Part shown: positions 8,604 to 18,950 of the stretch, piece by piece
Numbering within the stretch: the stretch's first letter is position 1
Layout: every line of letters starts with the position of its first letter
From: a virus
Lineage: Duplodnaviria > Caudoviricetes
Length of the DNA stretch: 48,281 nt
Direction: 5' to 3' (one strand)
IMG/VR virus record: IMGVR_UViG_3300017553_000004
Location: 1 to 48,281 of that record
Notes under the pieces: model-generated
What the model saw: the letters and a program-made list of their open reading frames with translations, nothing else
Databases searched by the model: none
What the model was told of the DNA's origin: nothing
Program-made: the position numbers and the translations under genes

Positions 8604-10279
8604 TCTTTCACCGTGATGAAAGGCGCGTTGACGACGGCGACCTTGCCCGACCGCCACGAGAGGGTGATCGAGTCAGCCGCGAGTCGGCTACGCATGAGGA
8701 GATGCACCGTCTTCACCTGGTTGACCTGGATCTCCCGGTTCAGTGGCGCGTCGATGGTCAGGATGGTGTAGGTGCCATCAGTCGAGATGCCGACGATCTT
8801 GCGGTAGAAGTTCGTGCCGTCCTTCAAGCGGATCATCACCCGATCGCGAGTGGGATCCGCGCCGACCATCTGACGGAACTCGTTGTCCAGCACCGAGATC
8901 CCAACGTCTGCGGCGCCGATTGTCCGCGTGACCACGAAATCGTCATGCCATGTCGGCACGTAGAGGGTTTTCGACTGACCGCGCAGGCGGCCCAGCATCT
9001 GGCGGAACGCGAGGATCTGCTGACGGCCATTGAGCAACCAGGGGTAGGTCCGCTGGATGCGCGGAAACTCCTCGGTTTGATCCCAGCCGATGGCACCGGT
9101 CAGTTGGTCAACCGTGTCGAACTGGTACTGGAAGTCGTTGCTCAATGTCTCGCCCCAGTTCGGTTGCCGCTGCAGCACCTCCAACCCGTCATATACGACC
9201 GTCGCAGCAGCGTCTGGAGTGAACGGATCCACCGACACCGGATCGCAGGTGAATGTCAGCACACCTGTCACGGCCTGGCTGGAGCGCCGAGCCAGCGGGA
9301 CGCTGGTTGGGAGATGGCCGAGCACCACGGGCATGACGACGGTGCCTTTCGGCCAGTTGCCCTCCAGGGGGCGCTTCAGCACGAGATTGCCCGGGTTGAC
9401 GGTGTCGATCTCCACGACCTCGATGCTGCTCGTGTCGGCGTAGAACGCGGCCAAGCCGCCGGCCGTGAAGCAGTAGGTGTCAGTGGGCAGGCTGATCACC
9501 GTGTCACCTTGCACATGGTTGGAGTCCAGCTTCGACTTGTCGGTCCACACCGGCAGCGCATAGACGCGGTTCTGCCAGCCCCACAGCAGGTTCTCGGCGC
9601 GGGCCGATTCATGTCTGGCGGTCTGAAATGTGTAGCTGAAACTCCGCCGTGCCTTGGTGCGAATTGACCGGCGCTGCTCACTGCCATCGAACGACCGCAA
9701 GATGTTGGTCAACCACTCCAGGACCTCGGTGACCTCCGTGTTCCAGTTTGGGCCGAACGGCCATACGACGACGCGGCGGCCCGTAACGGCAGCCGAGTAG
9801 TCGATGGCATCTACGGTCCATACGTACTGCGCGTCGATGACGGCAGGGCCGTCCGTAGTGATGTTCAGGATGTAGTTCAGTTGCTCCAAGGGCCGCATCT
9901 GGTAGGGAGGCGTCACCGGCTCCATCACGCTGATTCCAGCGTCGTTGAGGCGCTGGAACCCTTGCAGCTCCTTCTGGACGAGGAAGCCGTTCCACACCGT
10001 GATGACACGCGTCTGGTTGCTGAGCAGATTGCCCATGTCCAACTGCGACGGATCGATGAGGATTCGGTTGTAGAACGTATCGTTTACCGCCGGCCAAATG
10101 CGCCCGGGAATGACGTGCGGCAGCTCCCCCACGATGCCGTCGCCCGTAGTTCGAACGCTCTGCTTCGCCACGGATAGCGGATCCGCATCGCCATTGCTCG
10201 GCAAGGACGTGAGGTAGGCATCCGGCGAATGCGGGCCGGCCACGTCACTGATCGATATCGACGGCCAGAGAGTGCTCAT
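8600..10279 (-). CDS. Distal tail-like protein
   Basis: 559 aa; LEWLTNILRSFDGSEQRRSIR motif; synteny. Confidence 0.8.
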   Translation of the reverse strand: MSTLWPSISISDVAGPHSPDAYLTSLPSNGDADPLSVAKQSVRTTGDGIVGELPHVIPGRIWPAVNDTFYNRILIDPSQLDMGNLLSNQTRVITVWNGFLVQKELQGFQRLNDAGISVMEPVTPPYQMRPLEQLNYILNITTDGPAVIDAQYVWTVDAIDYSAAVTGRRVVVWPFGPNWNTEVTEVLEWLTNILRSFDGSEQRRSIRTKARRSFSYTFQTARHESARAENLLWGWQNRVYALPVWTDKSKLDSNHVQGDTVISLPTDTYCFTAGGLAAFYADTSSIEVVEIDTVNPGNLVLKRPLEGNWPKGTVVMPVVLGHLPTSVPLARRSSQAVTGVLTFTCDPVSVDPFTPDAAATVVYDGLEVLQRQPNWGETLSNDFQYQFDTVDQLTGAIGWDQTEEFPRIQRTYPWLLNGRQQILAFRQMLGRLRGQSKTLYVPTWHDDFVVTRTIGAADVGISVLDNEFRQMVGADPTRDRVMIRLKDGTNFYRKIVGISTDGTYTILTIDAPLNREIQVNQVKTVHLLMRSRLAADSITLSWRSGKVAVVNAPFITVKE

Positions 10280-11199
10280 TTTCGGTAGGCGATCCCGTAG
10301 TTGGCGCTGTTTATGTAGGTCGTGGCAGGGCCGTTCTTCTGCGAGATGGGGAACACCATCCAGTCAGTGTTGACCATCTCCTTCGGGTTCAGGTTGGCGA
10401 TATTGAGGAGACAGGCATTGCCGACATACCCCAATTGGTAGAACGGGCCCGTGGTTCCGCTGGATGCCTGCACCAGGGCTATTGGAACGAGCGCGGCACG
10501 CCCATTCGCCGCATTGGGCGACGCGCTGATCAGGGGGCGTCCAACAGTAGGTGCTAGGCCCGTGTTGTAGGTGACAGTGCCCGTATTCCGCTCTATGGCG
10601 GACGTCGGTCCACTAACCGGCGTTCGAACATGCCCGTGGACATAACCATAAACCGTAGCCCAGCTGCCCACATCCACGGTGCCAAACGGAATGTAGTTGT
10701 AGCCGTGCGTCATATCGTTCAGGGACGAACCGGTAATCGCGTAAACACACAGGCCCGTGACGTACTGACCGCCTTCGTAATTGCCGTTCTTCTGGAGTTC
10801 GCCAAAATTAAAGTGCACGAAAACATTGGTGACGATCTCTACGGCCACGTTCACGCCACTGCCGTCGCTGAACATGTGGTAGCCGACATGGGGGCCAGCG
10901 AGATTATCGACGCGGCACCAACTGGCATGCGCGTTGGCCCAGGACACCGTGGAGCCTCCCGCGTAGGACGATGCCGTATTCATCCAGAGGTAGGTCGTCC
11001 CCGTGGTGGGTTGGGCGAATAGGTAATAGATGCTGTTTTTAACCAGCGACACGATATTGAAAGTGCCGCTGGAACCGCTGACTCCTAGGCCCGTGTACGT
11101 GCCCGTTGGGCCAAGGTCGAAGCCGTTTGCATCTGCGAAGGTCAGCAGAGTTGCGATCAAGTCAGCGAGAGAACTGGTCACGCCTGTTTGGTAGGCCAT
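10276..11199 (-). CDS. Minor tail/virion structural protein
   Basis: Start MAYQTG; ends WMVFP...NYGIAYRK; lower GC. Confidence 0.75.
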   Translation of the reverse strand: MAYQTGVTSSLADLIATLLTFADANGFDLGPTGTYTGLGVSGSSGTFNIVSLVKNSIYYLFAQPTTGTTYLWMNTASSYAGGSTVSWANAHASWCRVDNLAGPHVGYHMFSDGSGVNVAVEIVTNVFVHFNFGELQKNGNYEGGQYVTGLCVYAITGSSLNDMTHGYNYIPFGTVDVGSWATVYGYVHGHVRTPVSGPTSAIERNTGTVTYNTGLAPTVGRPLISASPNAANGRAALVPIALVQASSGTTGPFYQLGYVGNACLLNIANLNPKEMVNTDWMVFPISQKNGPATTYINSANYGIAYRK

Positions 11200-11203
11200 G
11201 GAA

Positions 11204-12583
11204 CTACTCCAGAAGGATTGCCGCGTAGTCGCTGGCTGTAGTGCGGTAGCCACTCTGGACGACCAAGTAGGTCTTCCCCCCGATGACCAGCGTGTTTTCG
11301 GATGCGTTGTTGTGGCCAGATATGTGGAACACGCCATCAAGCTCGCCCCACACGTTTCCGCCACCCGCAGTCGAGTACAGCGTCACCCCCTGCAAGGCGT
11401 ATTCGTTATCGGGCGATGGCCGATAGGCAAAGAGGCCACGGTACGGGTACGTCCAGCCAGCGGCCGCGTAAGCGGAGTTCTGGTTGTAGTAGATGTTCTT
11501 GAAGTTGTCCGCCGCACCATCGGTACGCCGCAAATAAAGACTGGATACCGCTGCGGTGGTGTAGCCGGCAGGGTTCCAGAACGAACTGTGGTCCTCGGTT
11601 TGGATCGACCAGCGTGCGTTGATCGCACTGCTGGCTCCCGCAGCAATCGGGTAGGGAACCTCCGATGGCAGACCGTAGGGCAGGATGAAGCCGCCATACA
11701 GACTGGCGTAGGTCGTCGATACCTTAGCGATGACAATGAAGCGGCGCCCATTCGCGATGAACCAGTATTTGATCGACTGGTTCCACATCAGCGAGTAGAC
11801 ATTTGCTCCCGCACCGGGCTGCCCAGAGAGAGCTTTCGTCGAGTCATAGCCAGTCGTATAACGCTCAGCGACGTTGTATTTATCGCCCTGTGCCGAGCTG
11901 AGCGTGCGCAATGCGACATAAATCTCGTCCTGACCGGAGAGCCCCGGTCCCTTGACGACGTATTCTTTGTCTGCAATGACCGCCCGATGATCCGCGGCGG
12001 AAGGATCAGCCGTGTCGGCGTAACCGAATGCACAAGCCATGGCGCTGTAGTTCGCTGCCGGGACGATAGAAAACGCGGAGTCGCCTGGTTTTTTCCATCC
12101 GATCGAGGCACCTAATCCCGAGCTAGCCTGCACATACGTCACCCTGACATCGTGTAGACCTGCCGTTAGAACAACTGCACCCCCGGTCTGCGTAAAGCTA
12201 TTCGCCGCGTTGTTGGCATATACCCCCGCAATCAGGGCGCCATCAATCCACAGTTCCATCTGATCGTCCGCAAGTAGTGCGAACGCATAACTGCCATCCG
12301 CGGGGACGTTTATCTTCCCCGTGAACTCGATCTTAATATTGGTGCTCGAATACAAGCCGTTCGGAACTGAGTCCGGCATAGTGGTAGTGAAACTATTACC
12401 GCCGGAACCGTTGGAATAGAACGCAATACGGCCAGGCCAGGCCAAGGGCATCGGCATGTTGGAGTTGCGGAGAACTTCCCACTGCTGACCGGCAGCAACA
12501 AGATCCGCATTGGTCGATAGAAAGACCATCAGCTTATTCATCAGATCGATATGACCTGCGGCGGTGCCGATCTCGACAGCCAT
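11204..12583 (-). CDS. Minor tail protein containing a PA14 domain
   Basis: G.I.VPADGSY.F.L.ADD.MELWIDG...LTAGLHDVRV.Y.Q...G...W..PG matches the PA14 pattern; WFIANGRRF and GELDGVF tail motifs. Confidence 0.8.
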   Translation of the reverse strand: MAVEIGTAAGHIDLMNKLMVFLSTNADLVAAGQQWEVLRNSNMPMPLAWPGRIAFYSNGSGGNSFTTTMPDSVPNGLYSSTNIKIEFTGKINVPADGSYAFALLADDQMELWIDGALIAGVYANNAANSFTQTGGAVVLTAGLHDVRVTYVQASSGLGASIGWKKPGDSAFSIVPAANYSAMACAFGYADTADPSAADHRAVIADKEYVVKGPGLSGQDEIYVALRTLSSAQGDKYNVAERYTTGYDSTKALSGQPGAGANVYSLMWNQSIKYWFIANGRRFIVIAKVSTTYASLYGGFILPYGLPSEVPYPIAAGASSAINARWSIQTEDHSSFWNPAGYTTAAVSSLYLRRTDGAADNFKNIYYNQNSAYAAAGWTYPYRGLFAYRPSPDNEYALQGVTLYSTAGGGNVWGELDGVFHISGHNNASENTLVIGGKTYLVVQSGYRTTASDYAAILLE

Positions 12584-12585
12584 AC

Positions 12586-15500
12586 TTATCTGCTCCCCAT
12601 CAGGGCTTTGAGCTGCGACGAGTTCGCTCGCAGCACGTTCATGATCATTCGCTGGCCCGCCGGCTTCGCCAGGGCAGCGCCCATGAAGCTCTCGGCGTCG
12701 ACGTAGTTGTTGACGGTCAACGCCTGCATCGGATCAGCGCCACCCTGCCCCGCGCCCAGGCCGCCGTTCATGACGTTGCGCGGATCGTCACCGGTCAGCA
12801 CCTCCTCGCCCTTCTGCAGGATCGCGGGATACTCGTCAGGAGCCAGGCCGGACACGCCGCCACTGTGATAGCGAGGCGCTGCCGCAAACCAAGCAGGGCT
12901 TGCTTCTACTGACCGACCACCGCGCACGCCTACAACGCCTCCCGTGTGCAACTGGCTGGCCTGCAACGACGACAACGATGAGCCGGGAGCCTGCGCTGGT
13001 GCCCCAGCCGTGCCAGCGCCGCCGGTCAAAGCCGCCGCAATTGCCAGCGCCGCGTCGTAAAGAAGTTGCTGGATGATCATCAGCGCAATCTGGCGCAAGA
13101 AGTCAGCAGCAAACTGCAAGAACGAGTCTCCCAGTGCCGACATCGCGTTTTCGCCATCAGCCACGGACTTGGCGAATTGATCGAATGCGTTTGTGCCGGC
13201 GTCAGAGAACGCTTGAGCGAAATCCGTAACGCTGATCAGCCCGTCCTTAACCCCGGTGGTGCTGTCACGCAGCGTCTCCATTTTGGCGATGAAGGTATCC
13301 AAGGCCGTCTGGTCCGCGAATACTTCCTTGTGGGCTGCCGCCCAATTGATCATCGCCTGCGCAGAAGCCTGGATTTGCGGGACCATCCGCGTGTCGATAT
13401 CAGCGATCTTCGCTTTGGCTTCGAGTTCACCAATCAATCCAGACTTTTGCTGGGCCTCGACAGCCTGGAGCATCTGCGAACGCAAACCGATGAGATCATT
13501 CAGCCGCTTCTCGCCACGCTGCATCTCTTCGGTGTTGAACTTGAGCGTCTCCTGGACCTTCAGCTGCTTCACGTAGCCGTCGAGCGTGGAGCGCATCTGC
13601 TTGGCCAGGTCGGCGCCACCAGGCAGTTTGGCCAGCTTGTCGATCTTCGTGTAGACCTTCTGGTACTCGGTGTCGATCGCCGCGAGGCGGCTCTCCAGGC
13701 TGAGCTTCTCGTTCTTCTGGATCTTCGCCTCGGCCGCGGCCAGGGCGTTCACCAGCTCATTCGCCAAGGCCTCACGCTGCTTCACGAGCTTCTTGTAGGC
13801 CTTGTCGTCGCCTCCACCAGTGGCGCCTCCACCAGTGATCCCGGGGCTCGCCGTAGGCGACGCGGAAGCTGCCCCCTTCGCTGCCTTCGGCGGTTTGTCG
13901 ATATCGGCAAGCATCTCTGCACGAACTTGCCGAATAACCGCGATCTCTTCTTCCAACTGCTTCTTCAGCTCGGCTGGTTTCCCACCGACGTTGAGTTTGA
14001 TGCTATTCAGCATCTCAGCGGCCTCTGCAGCGCTCTTCGCAGCAGAATCCAGATGGGCCAGCTTGTAGCCGGACTCGATCACTCGAAGCGTCTTCTGGAA
14101 GAACTCAACGATGTCGTTGAATGACTGCTTGAACGCGTCAGCTGCGGAGCCCGAGAATCCTGACCAAAGCAATTTGAACTGGTATTTCAATGTGGTGAAA
14201 TACTCATCCAGAGCAGTGACCATGACTACTCCGGCCTTCCGTATCGTAGCGAACTCGTTATACAGATACGTGCCAATCTGCCAACCGACAAGAGCTGCGG
14301 CAAAAGTAGCGAAGGCGGCCTGGATCACTTTCGCAGAAGAGACGCCTTCCGCTCCCATGACGGTAAACTGAGCAGTGAGGACCTTCAGTGAAGGCAGTAG
14401 CTTAGTGTCGATCGCGGAAGCTAGTCCGGCTACCAGGGAAAGCGCTTTGAGCCCAAACGCCAGTTCGATCGCCAGCCTTACTTCCTCCAAGTGACTGAGC
14501 AGATACGTGAGGGCCGTGACCACCGCACTGAATGCAGTACTGAGATCCTGGGCAAATTTCTTACCATCGTCGCTCTTCAGGAATGCCGTCAGCTTCTGCA
14601 CCAGATCGGCGTAGGTGTCGGCGAAGCCGGACTCAGCCAACGCGATCTTGAAATCAAGGATCGCACTGTTCAATCGACCTTGCTTAGCGGCCAGAGAGGC
14701 AATAGCAGCAGGGAGCTGACCGGCGACCGTCTTCTTATACTGCTCAGCGATGGCGACTAGTTGGGCACTCGTTATCTCGCCATCCTTCATGGCCTTGTTC
14801 AGGTCCGGGTAGGTATCCTTCAGCGCCTTGGCGGCGATCTCGAAGGCGCCGAATAGGCGGTCGCCGAGCTGACCACGCAGTTCCTCAGCCTGGATCTTCC
14901 CTTTGGAGTAGATCTGCTCCAAGGCCTTGAACACGCCGTCGATGTCGTCGGCCGAGAGGTTCGCCACGCGGCCCACCTCAAGGAACGTCTCGGCGACGTA
15001 GCGGATCTCCTGATTGCTGCGGCCAGCGAGCGATGCTGCGGCGGCGAATTTGGCGTAGCCTTTGGCGGCCTCTTCAAACGACACGCCAATCCGATCAGCC
15101 TGTTCACGGATGTAGGCGTACTCCTCGGCGACACGCTTCGGATCGTTGCCGACAGACAGCGCCAGCTGATTCTGAATACCCTGTTTGGTACTGAACGCAT
15201 CCAGCGACTGCTGGCTCAGGTTGAGCGCGCCCTGCAGGCCACCATAGGCCGCGGCGAGCGCCAGCACCTCACCCCGCAACCGCTGCACGAACGACAGAGT
15301 GGTGCGCCCGTTCGATTCGAAGAGGTTGAGATCCTCGGCCGAGGAGCGCGTCTCTTCGCCGTACTTCTCGACGGCCGCCCCGAGTTTCTGGACAGCCCCC
15401 GTAGCAGTCCTGGCACTGGCCACCAGGCGCTGCTGCGCCGCAACCAGGTTGCTCGTATCGATGCCAGCGGAACGAAGCCCCTCACGCAGCTCTCGGGTGC

Positions 15501-16875
15501 GTGCCAACTGCTGTTGCAGTTGCTGTGCCGCCGACGTCAATGCGCCCTGCAGCTGCCGCTGGTGCGCCTGCATCTCGGCTGTCGGAGCATCTGCCTGGCG
15601 AATGGCCTGGGCGTACTGCAACACCGCGGCGCGGGCATCCGAGAAGCCAGCGCGGGCCGCCCGCAGGGACTCAACCTGCTTCTGGTAGGCATCAATGCCG
15701 GCGGCCTGGCTGACCAGGGCCTTCTGCGCATCCGCGAGTTGTCGGAGCTGCTGGGTGGCCCCCTTCACCGGGCCGCTGATCTGGCTGATGGCGGCGTCGA
15801 GCGCCTTTATCTCTTCCTCAACCCCGCCAAGAGTCGTGCGTGCGGTGCCCGCTGGATCGATGATCGAGCGCAAGTTGCTGGCCAAGGTGCGACTGTTCTG
15901 CGTCAGCCGCTGGCTGGCATCACCGAGCGTCGTGTAGCCGCGGGCCGCAGCCACGGCCTTGTCTGCCATCTCGTTGAGCTGAGCAACGGCCGCAGCCTGG
16001 GCGGCGCGCTGATCAGCAGCGTTGAACAGCTGAGCGTACTCGTACTCGGCCTGCTGCTGACGGTTCCGCTGGGCAGCCTTGGTGGCTTCGGTGTTGAACG
16101 CCTCCGCGGCGGCTTTCTCCTTCGCCGCCTTCTCGGCCATCTGCACACTGATCTCGTTGAAGCGGCGCTCCTCCGCCTCGCGCTTCGCCAGCTCCTTCAG
16201 CCAGAACTGGCTGTACTCGCTTTCAGCGTTCCGCCGTGCAGCGGCCGCGGCCGCAGCCTCGAAGGCCTCCGTCTCGGCCAGGTCCTTCGCCGCCTTCTGC
16301 GCAGAGCGCATGTTCGCCGCCAACTGCTCCGAGGTCTGTGCCTGGGAGGCGTTGGTATCAGCGAGCTGCCGGCCCACGGCCAGGAGTTCATCCTGGGCGC
16401 GGCTGAGGTCGCTCATCGCCAGGCCGGCAGCCTCACCCTGCTCCCGTAGAGTGGCAAGGCGGGCGCTTTGCGCAGCCACGGCCTGCTCGGCGCGCTCGAC
16501 AGCCTTGAGCAGCTTGGTCTGCGTGTTGGCTTGGCGCTGGGTGACCTTCTCGGCGGCCTCCATGGCGGCCTGGTGCTCGCGCAACTTCGTCGACGCCGCG
16601 CCGAGACGATCCTGTAGTTCCTTGAGACGAGCACTCTGCGCCTCGAACTGCTTGATGATCGCCTGCTGCTGAAGCAGCGACTTCATCGCGTCTTCGAGAC
16701 GCCGGTAGGTGGCGTCCAGGTCCTTCAGCGAGCCCTGGCCGCGCTTGGACGCGTCGATCTGCGCATCGAGGGCCTTGTTGATGTCCTCGATCTCATTCCG
16801 GACATCCTGCAGCGTCTTCTTGCTTAGGTTCTTGGCCCGGATGACCAGCTCGACGTTGCGGCTCGTGTCAGTCAC
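12586..16875 (-). CDS. Tape measure protein
   Basis: 1429 aa Ala/Gln-rich helical protein; QIYSKGKIQAEELRGQLGD tape-measure motif; follows the tail chaperones. Confidence 0.95.
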   Translation of the reverse strand: MTDTSRNVELVIRAKNLSKKTLQDVRNEIEDINKALDAQIDASKRGQGSLKDLDATYRRLEDAMKSLLQQQAIIKQFEAQSARLKELQDRLGAASTKLREHQAAMEAAEKVTQRQANTQTKLLKAVERAEQAVAAQSARLATLREQGEAAGLAMSDLSRAQDELLAVGRQLADTNASQAQTSEQLAANMRSAQKAAKDLAETEAFEAAAAAAARRNAESEYSQFWLKELAKREAEERRFNEISVQMAEKAAKEKAAAEAFNTEATKAAQRNRQQQAEYEYAQLFNAADQRAAQAAAVAQLNEMADKAVAAARGYTTLGDASQRLTQNSRTLASNLRSIIDPAGTARTTLGGVEEEIKALDAAISQISGPVKGATQQLRQLADAQKALVSQAAGIDAYQKQVESLRAARAGFSDARAAVLQYAQAIRQADAPTAEMQAHQRQLQGALTSAAQQLQQQLARTRELREGLRSAGIDTSNLVAAQQRLVASARTATGAVQKLGAAVEKYGEETRSSAEDLNLFESNGRTTLSFVQRLRGEVLALAAAYGGLQGALNLSQQSLDAFSTKQGIQNQLALSVGNDPKRVAEEYAYIREQADRIGVSFEEAAKGYAKFAAAASLAGRSNQEIRYVAETFLEVGRVANLSADDIDGVFKALEQIYSKGKIQAEELRGQLGDRLFGAFEIAAKALKDTYPDLNKAMKDGEITSAQLVAIAEQYKKTVAGQLPAAIASLAAKQGRLNSAILDFKIALAESGFADTYADLVQKLTAFLKSDDGKKFAQDLSTAFSAVVTALTYLLSHLEEVRLAIELAFGLKALSLVAGLASAIDTKLLPSLKVLTAQFTVMGAEGVSSAKVIQAAFATFAAALVGWQIGTYLYNEFATIRKAGVVMVTALDEYFTTLKYQFKLLWSGFSGSAADAFKQSFNDIVEFFQKTLRVIESGYKLAHLDSAAKSAAEAAEMLNSIKLNVGGKPAELKKQLEEEIAVIRQVRAEMLADIDKPPKAAKGAASASPTASPGITGGGATGGGDDKAYKKLVKQREALANELVNALAAAEAKIQKNEKLSLESRLAAIDTEYQKVYTKIDKLAKLPGGADLAKQMRSTLDGYVKQLKVQETLKFNTEEMQRGEKRLNDLIGLRSQMLQAVEAQQKSGLIGELEAKAKIADIDTRMVPQIQASAQAMINWAAAHKEVFADQTALDTFIAKMETLRDSTTGVKDGLISVTDFAQAFSDAGTNAFDQFAKSVADGENAMSALGDSFLQFAADFLRQIALMIIQQLLYDAALAIAAALTGGAGTAGAPAQAPGSSLSSLQASQLHTGGVVGVRGGRSVEASPAWFAAAPRYHSGGVSGLAPDEYPAILQKGEEVLTGDDPRNVMNGGLGAGQGGADPMQALTVNNYVDAESFMGAALAKPAGQRMIMNVLRANSSQLKALMGSR

Positions 16876-17188
16876 TGCGCTCGATCCTCTTCAGCAGGTT
16901 GCTGAGGTGACGAGCCCCTTTCTTGCCGCCTATCGATGCGCCGATGACGGCCTGCATCACCGCAGCCTCCTGCATCACGGCCTGGTTGTGGCGCTGCCGG
17001 CAGATGCGCGCCTCCGACCACAGGCTCGCCAGCGGATACCGGCGAGCCTGCGGGTGCCCTTCGGCCATCAGCAAGCTCACGTCCCGGCGGATCCCGTGGT
17101 AGTAGCGGAGGAAGCCGGAGTCTCTTGGCTGCCGCTCAGCGGCTTCGTTCTCAAGCTCGCGAGCAAGTTCATCAAGGACTCCATCGCC
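16868..17188 (-). CDS. Tail assembly chaperone, gpT-like portion reached by -1 frameshift
   Basis: The -1 frame is open from the slippery site A AAA AAG (17194-17188) to the stop at 16868. Confidence 0.85.
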   Translation of the reverse strand, partial: GDGVLDELARELENEAAERQPRDSGFLRYYHGIRRDVSLLMAEGHPQARRYPLASLWSEARICRQRHNQAVMQEAAVMQAVIGASIGGKKGARHLSNLLKRIERSD

Positions 17189-17565
17189 TTTTTTACGCCG
17201 CCAGCCTCCTCGAACGTGAGCTTGCCGATCTTGGTGATGGCATCCACCTGAACGGTGAAAGGTAGGCGCTTGGCCTTGGCGATCAGCGCCGGGGAGACCT
17301 CCTCACCCGACGCGATGGCGATGAGGTTGGCGGCAAGGCCGGGGCCCTGCAGAGCAATACCCTGGGCGACACGGGACAGATGATCGGAGAACGAGCCACC
17401 GGCGCTTTCGCTGTTCACGATAACGTCGAAAACGGCTTCCAAGTCTGGCAGGTGCGTTTTGACGAGCACGGCCAGTGTCTCCAGCGAGATCCCCTCCACC
17501 TGGAAGAGGACCTCGCCGTTGACCAGGACTGGCAGGCGCTCGGGCGTGTAATCCAGAAGCGACAT
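17077..17565 (-). CDS. Tail assembly chaperone (gpG-like)
   Basis: Lies between major tail and tape measure genes; LTFEEAGGVKK carries the slippery heptamer. Confidence 0.9.
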   Translation of the reverse strand: MSLLDYTPERLPVLVNGEVLFQVEGISLETLAVLVKTHLPDLEAVFDVIVNSESAGGSFSDHLSRVAQGIALQGPGLAANLIAIASGEEVSPALIAKAKRLPFTVQVDAITKIGKLTFEEAGGVKKAMESLMNLLASLRTKPLSGSQETPASSATTTGSAGT

Positions 17566-17577
17566 GCCGCGGCCCCC

Positions 17578-18360
17578 TTACGAAGTGGTGCCGCGGTCGG
17601 TGATGTAGACCGTTTCCAGATTACCCTTCTTGAGGAACTCGATGTTGAAGGGGATCGTCATCCAGTCGTCGCCGGACTTCAGGTTGAAGTCGCCGTTGGG
17701 GCTGATCTTGACGTAGGGCCAGTAGTAGTCGAGCAGCTTGCCTTTCGGGTTGGTCGACTCGAAGTAGAGCGCACCGACGATCTCGTCGGACGAGCTGATG
17801 ACCTTGTCCTGGCTGTAGGCCTTCACGTCGTAGGTGAGGATCACCTCGGCATCGTCGACGATATCGGCGGAGCCCGGTTCGATGTAGAGGCGGCCCAACG
17901 GGAGGTCGACTTCGTAGTTGTCGGCGGCGTCCACGGTGGTGGAGCCGATCTTCACCGAGAAGTTGTCCAGGTGGCGGTAGCCGGTCGGGTTCGCGTCCGA
18001 GGCACCGACCTGATAGAACCGGCCCTGCTTGACCTTGATGGTCTGCGTCTGCGCGGTAAGCGAGGTCTGCACCAGGGTGGACTTCTCGCCGAGGTAGAAC
18101 AGCGCGACGTTGTCCAGGTTGATGTTGTCGGTGGTGAAGCTGCCGGTGCGGGTGTTGGACAGCGTCACGCTGTCATCCTTCACGTTCACGCCGTTGTCGG
18201 AGTCGAAGTGTTCCAGCTCCTCCGAGTCGGCGGTGGTGTTGAACTCGGGAGTGTTCCCGAAGTAACGCTGGCCGGTAGGGGCCTGCGTACCAGCTGCGAA
18301 TAGGTCGAAGTACAACTTACCCCGACCAAGGGTGTAGTTCTTGCCATCGGGAGCGATCAT
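17578..18360 (-). CDS. Major tail tube protein
   Basis: NYTLGRGKLYF...RYFGNTPEF, ISPNGDFNLKSGDDW; GAGGA RBS before ATG at 18360. Confidence 0.9.
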   Translation of the reverse strand: MIAPDGKNYTLGRGKLYFDLFAAGTQAPTGQRYFGNTPEFNTTADSEELEHFDSDNGVNVKDDSVTLSNTRTGSFTTDNINLDNVALFYLGEKSTLVQTSLTAQTQTIKVKQGRFYQVGASDANPTGYRHLDNFSVKIGSTTVDAADNYEVDLPLGRLYIEPGSADIVDDAEVILTYDVKAYSQDKVISSSDEIVGALYFESTNPKGKLLDYYWPYVKISPNGDFNLKSGDDWMTIPFNIEFLKKGNLETVYITDRGTTS

Positions 18361-18402
18361 GCCCAGGTCCTCGGTGTGGATGCTCAACTTTTAATCGAAA
18401 TA

Positions 18403-18419
18403 ATCAACTAAATGTTGAT
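18403..18419. promoter_or_regulatory. Operator ATCAAC-N5-GTTGAT (perfect) upstream of the major tail gene
   Basis: ATCAACTAAATGTTGAT in an AT-rich intergenic gap. Confidence 0.75.
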
Positions 18420-18950
18420 TCATTGCGAACGATAAGGCTCTCCGATGCTCCGTGCAAGAGCCACGCGCACAGGCAGGTAGAAACAGGCCCGACTGGACGT
18501 CTTCTGGTCGAGGGGGCGGACGACATGGGGACCGACCTCGATCCCGGCGACCAGGTTGCCCAGCAGGTAGTGCTCGGGATCCGCAGGGCGGCCTGAGCCG
18601 TCGTTTCGCGTGGCCGTGATGAGCGAGAGACGCTGCTCCACTGCTGCCGCCAACCAGTACGCAGGATCAGACGGATTGAGTGCATCGTCTGCCGCCCAAC
18701 CCTGGATCAGCAGCACCCACGACTCGCTGCGGACTTCAGCCTGGCCGGCAAACACGCCGATAGCGGGAGTTGGCGATTCGAGAATGGAGATGGCCGGCAA
18801 TGGGGTGTCCGAGCCGAACTCCGTTCTGCCGCGGTACACCGAGCCGGCAAGCGCATAGGGCTGGCCGTTCTGGTCAAACGCGTCGATGCCCTCCAGCAGC
18901 ACTGTCAGGCGTTGCAACACCAGCAGGCGGTACGGGATCAAATCAGCCAT
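18420..18950 (-). CDS. Tail terminator-like protein
   Basis: VYRGRTEFG...PLPAISILES, LLIQGW..DD..NPSDPAY; synteny. Confidence 0.8.
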   Translation of the reverse strand: MADLIPYRLLVLQRLTVLLEGIDAFDQNGQPYALAGSVYRGRTEFGSDTPLPAISILESPTPAIGVFAGQAEVRSESWVLLIQGWAADDALNPSDPAYWLAAAVEQRLSLITATRNDGSGRPADPEHYLLGNLVAGIEVGPHVVRPLDQKTSSRACFYLPVRVALARSIGEPYRSQ

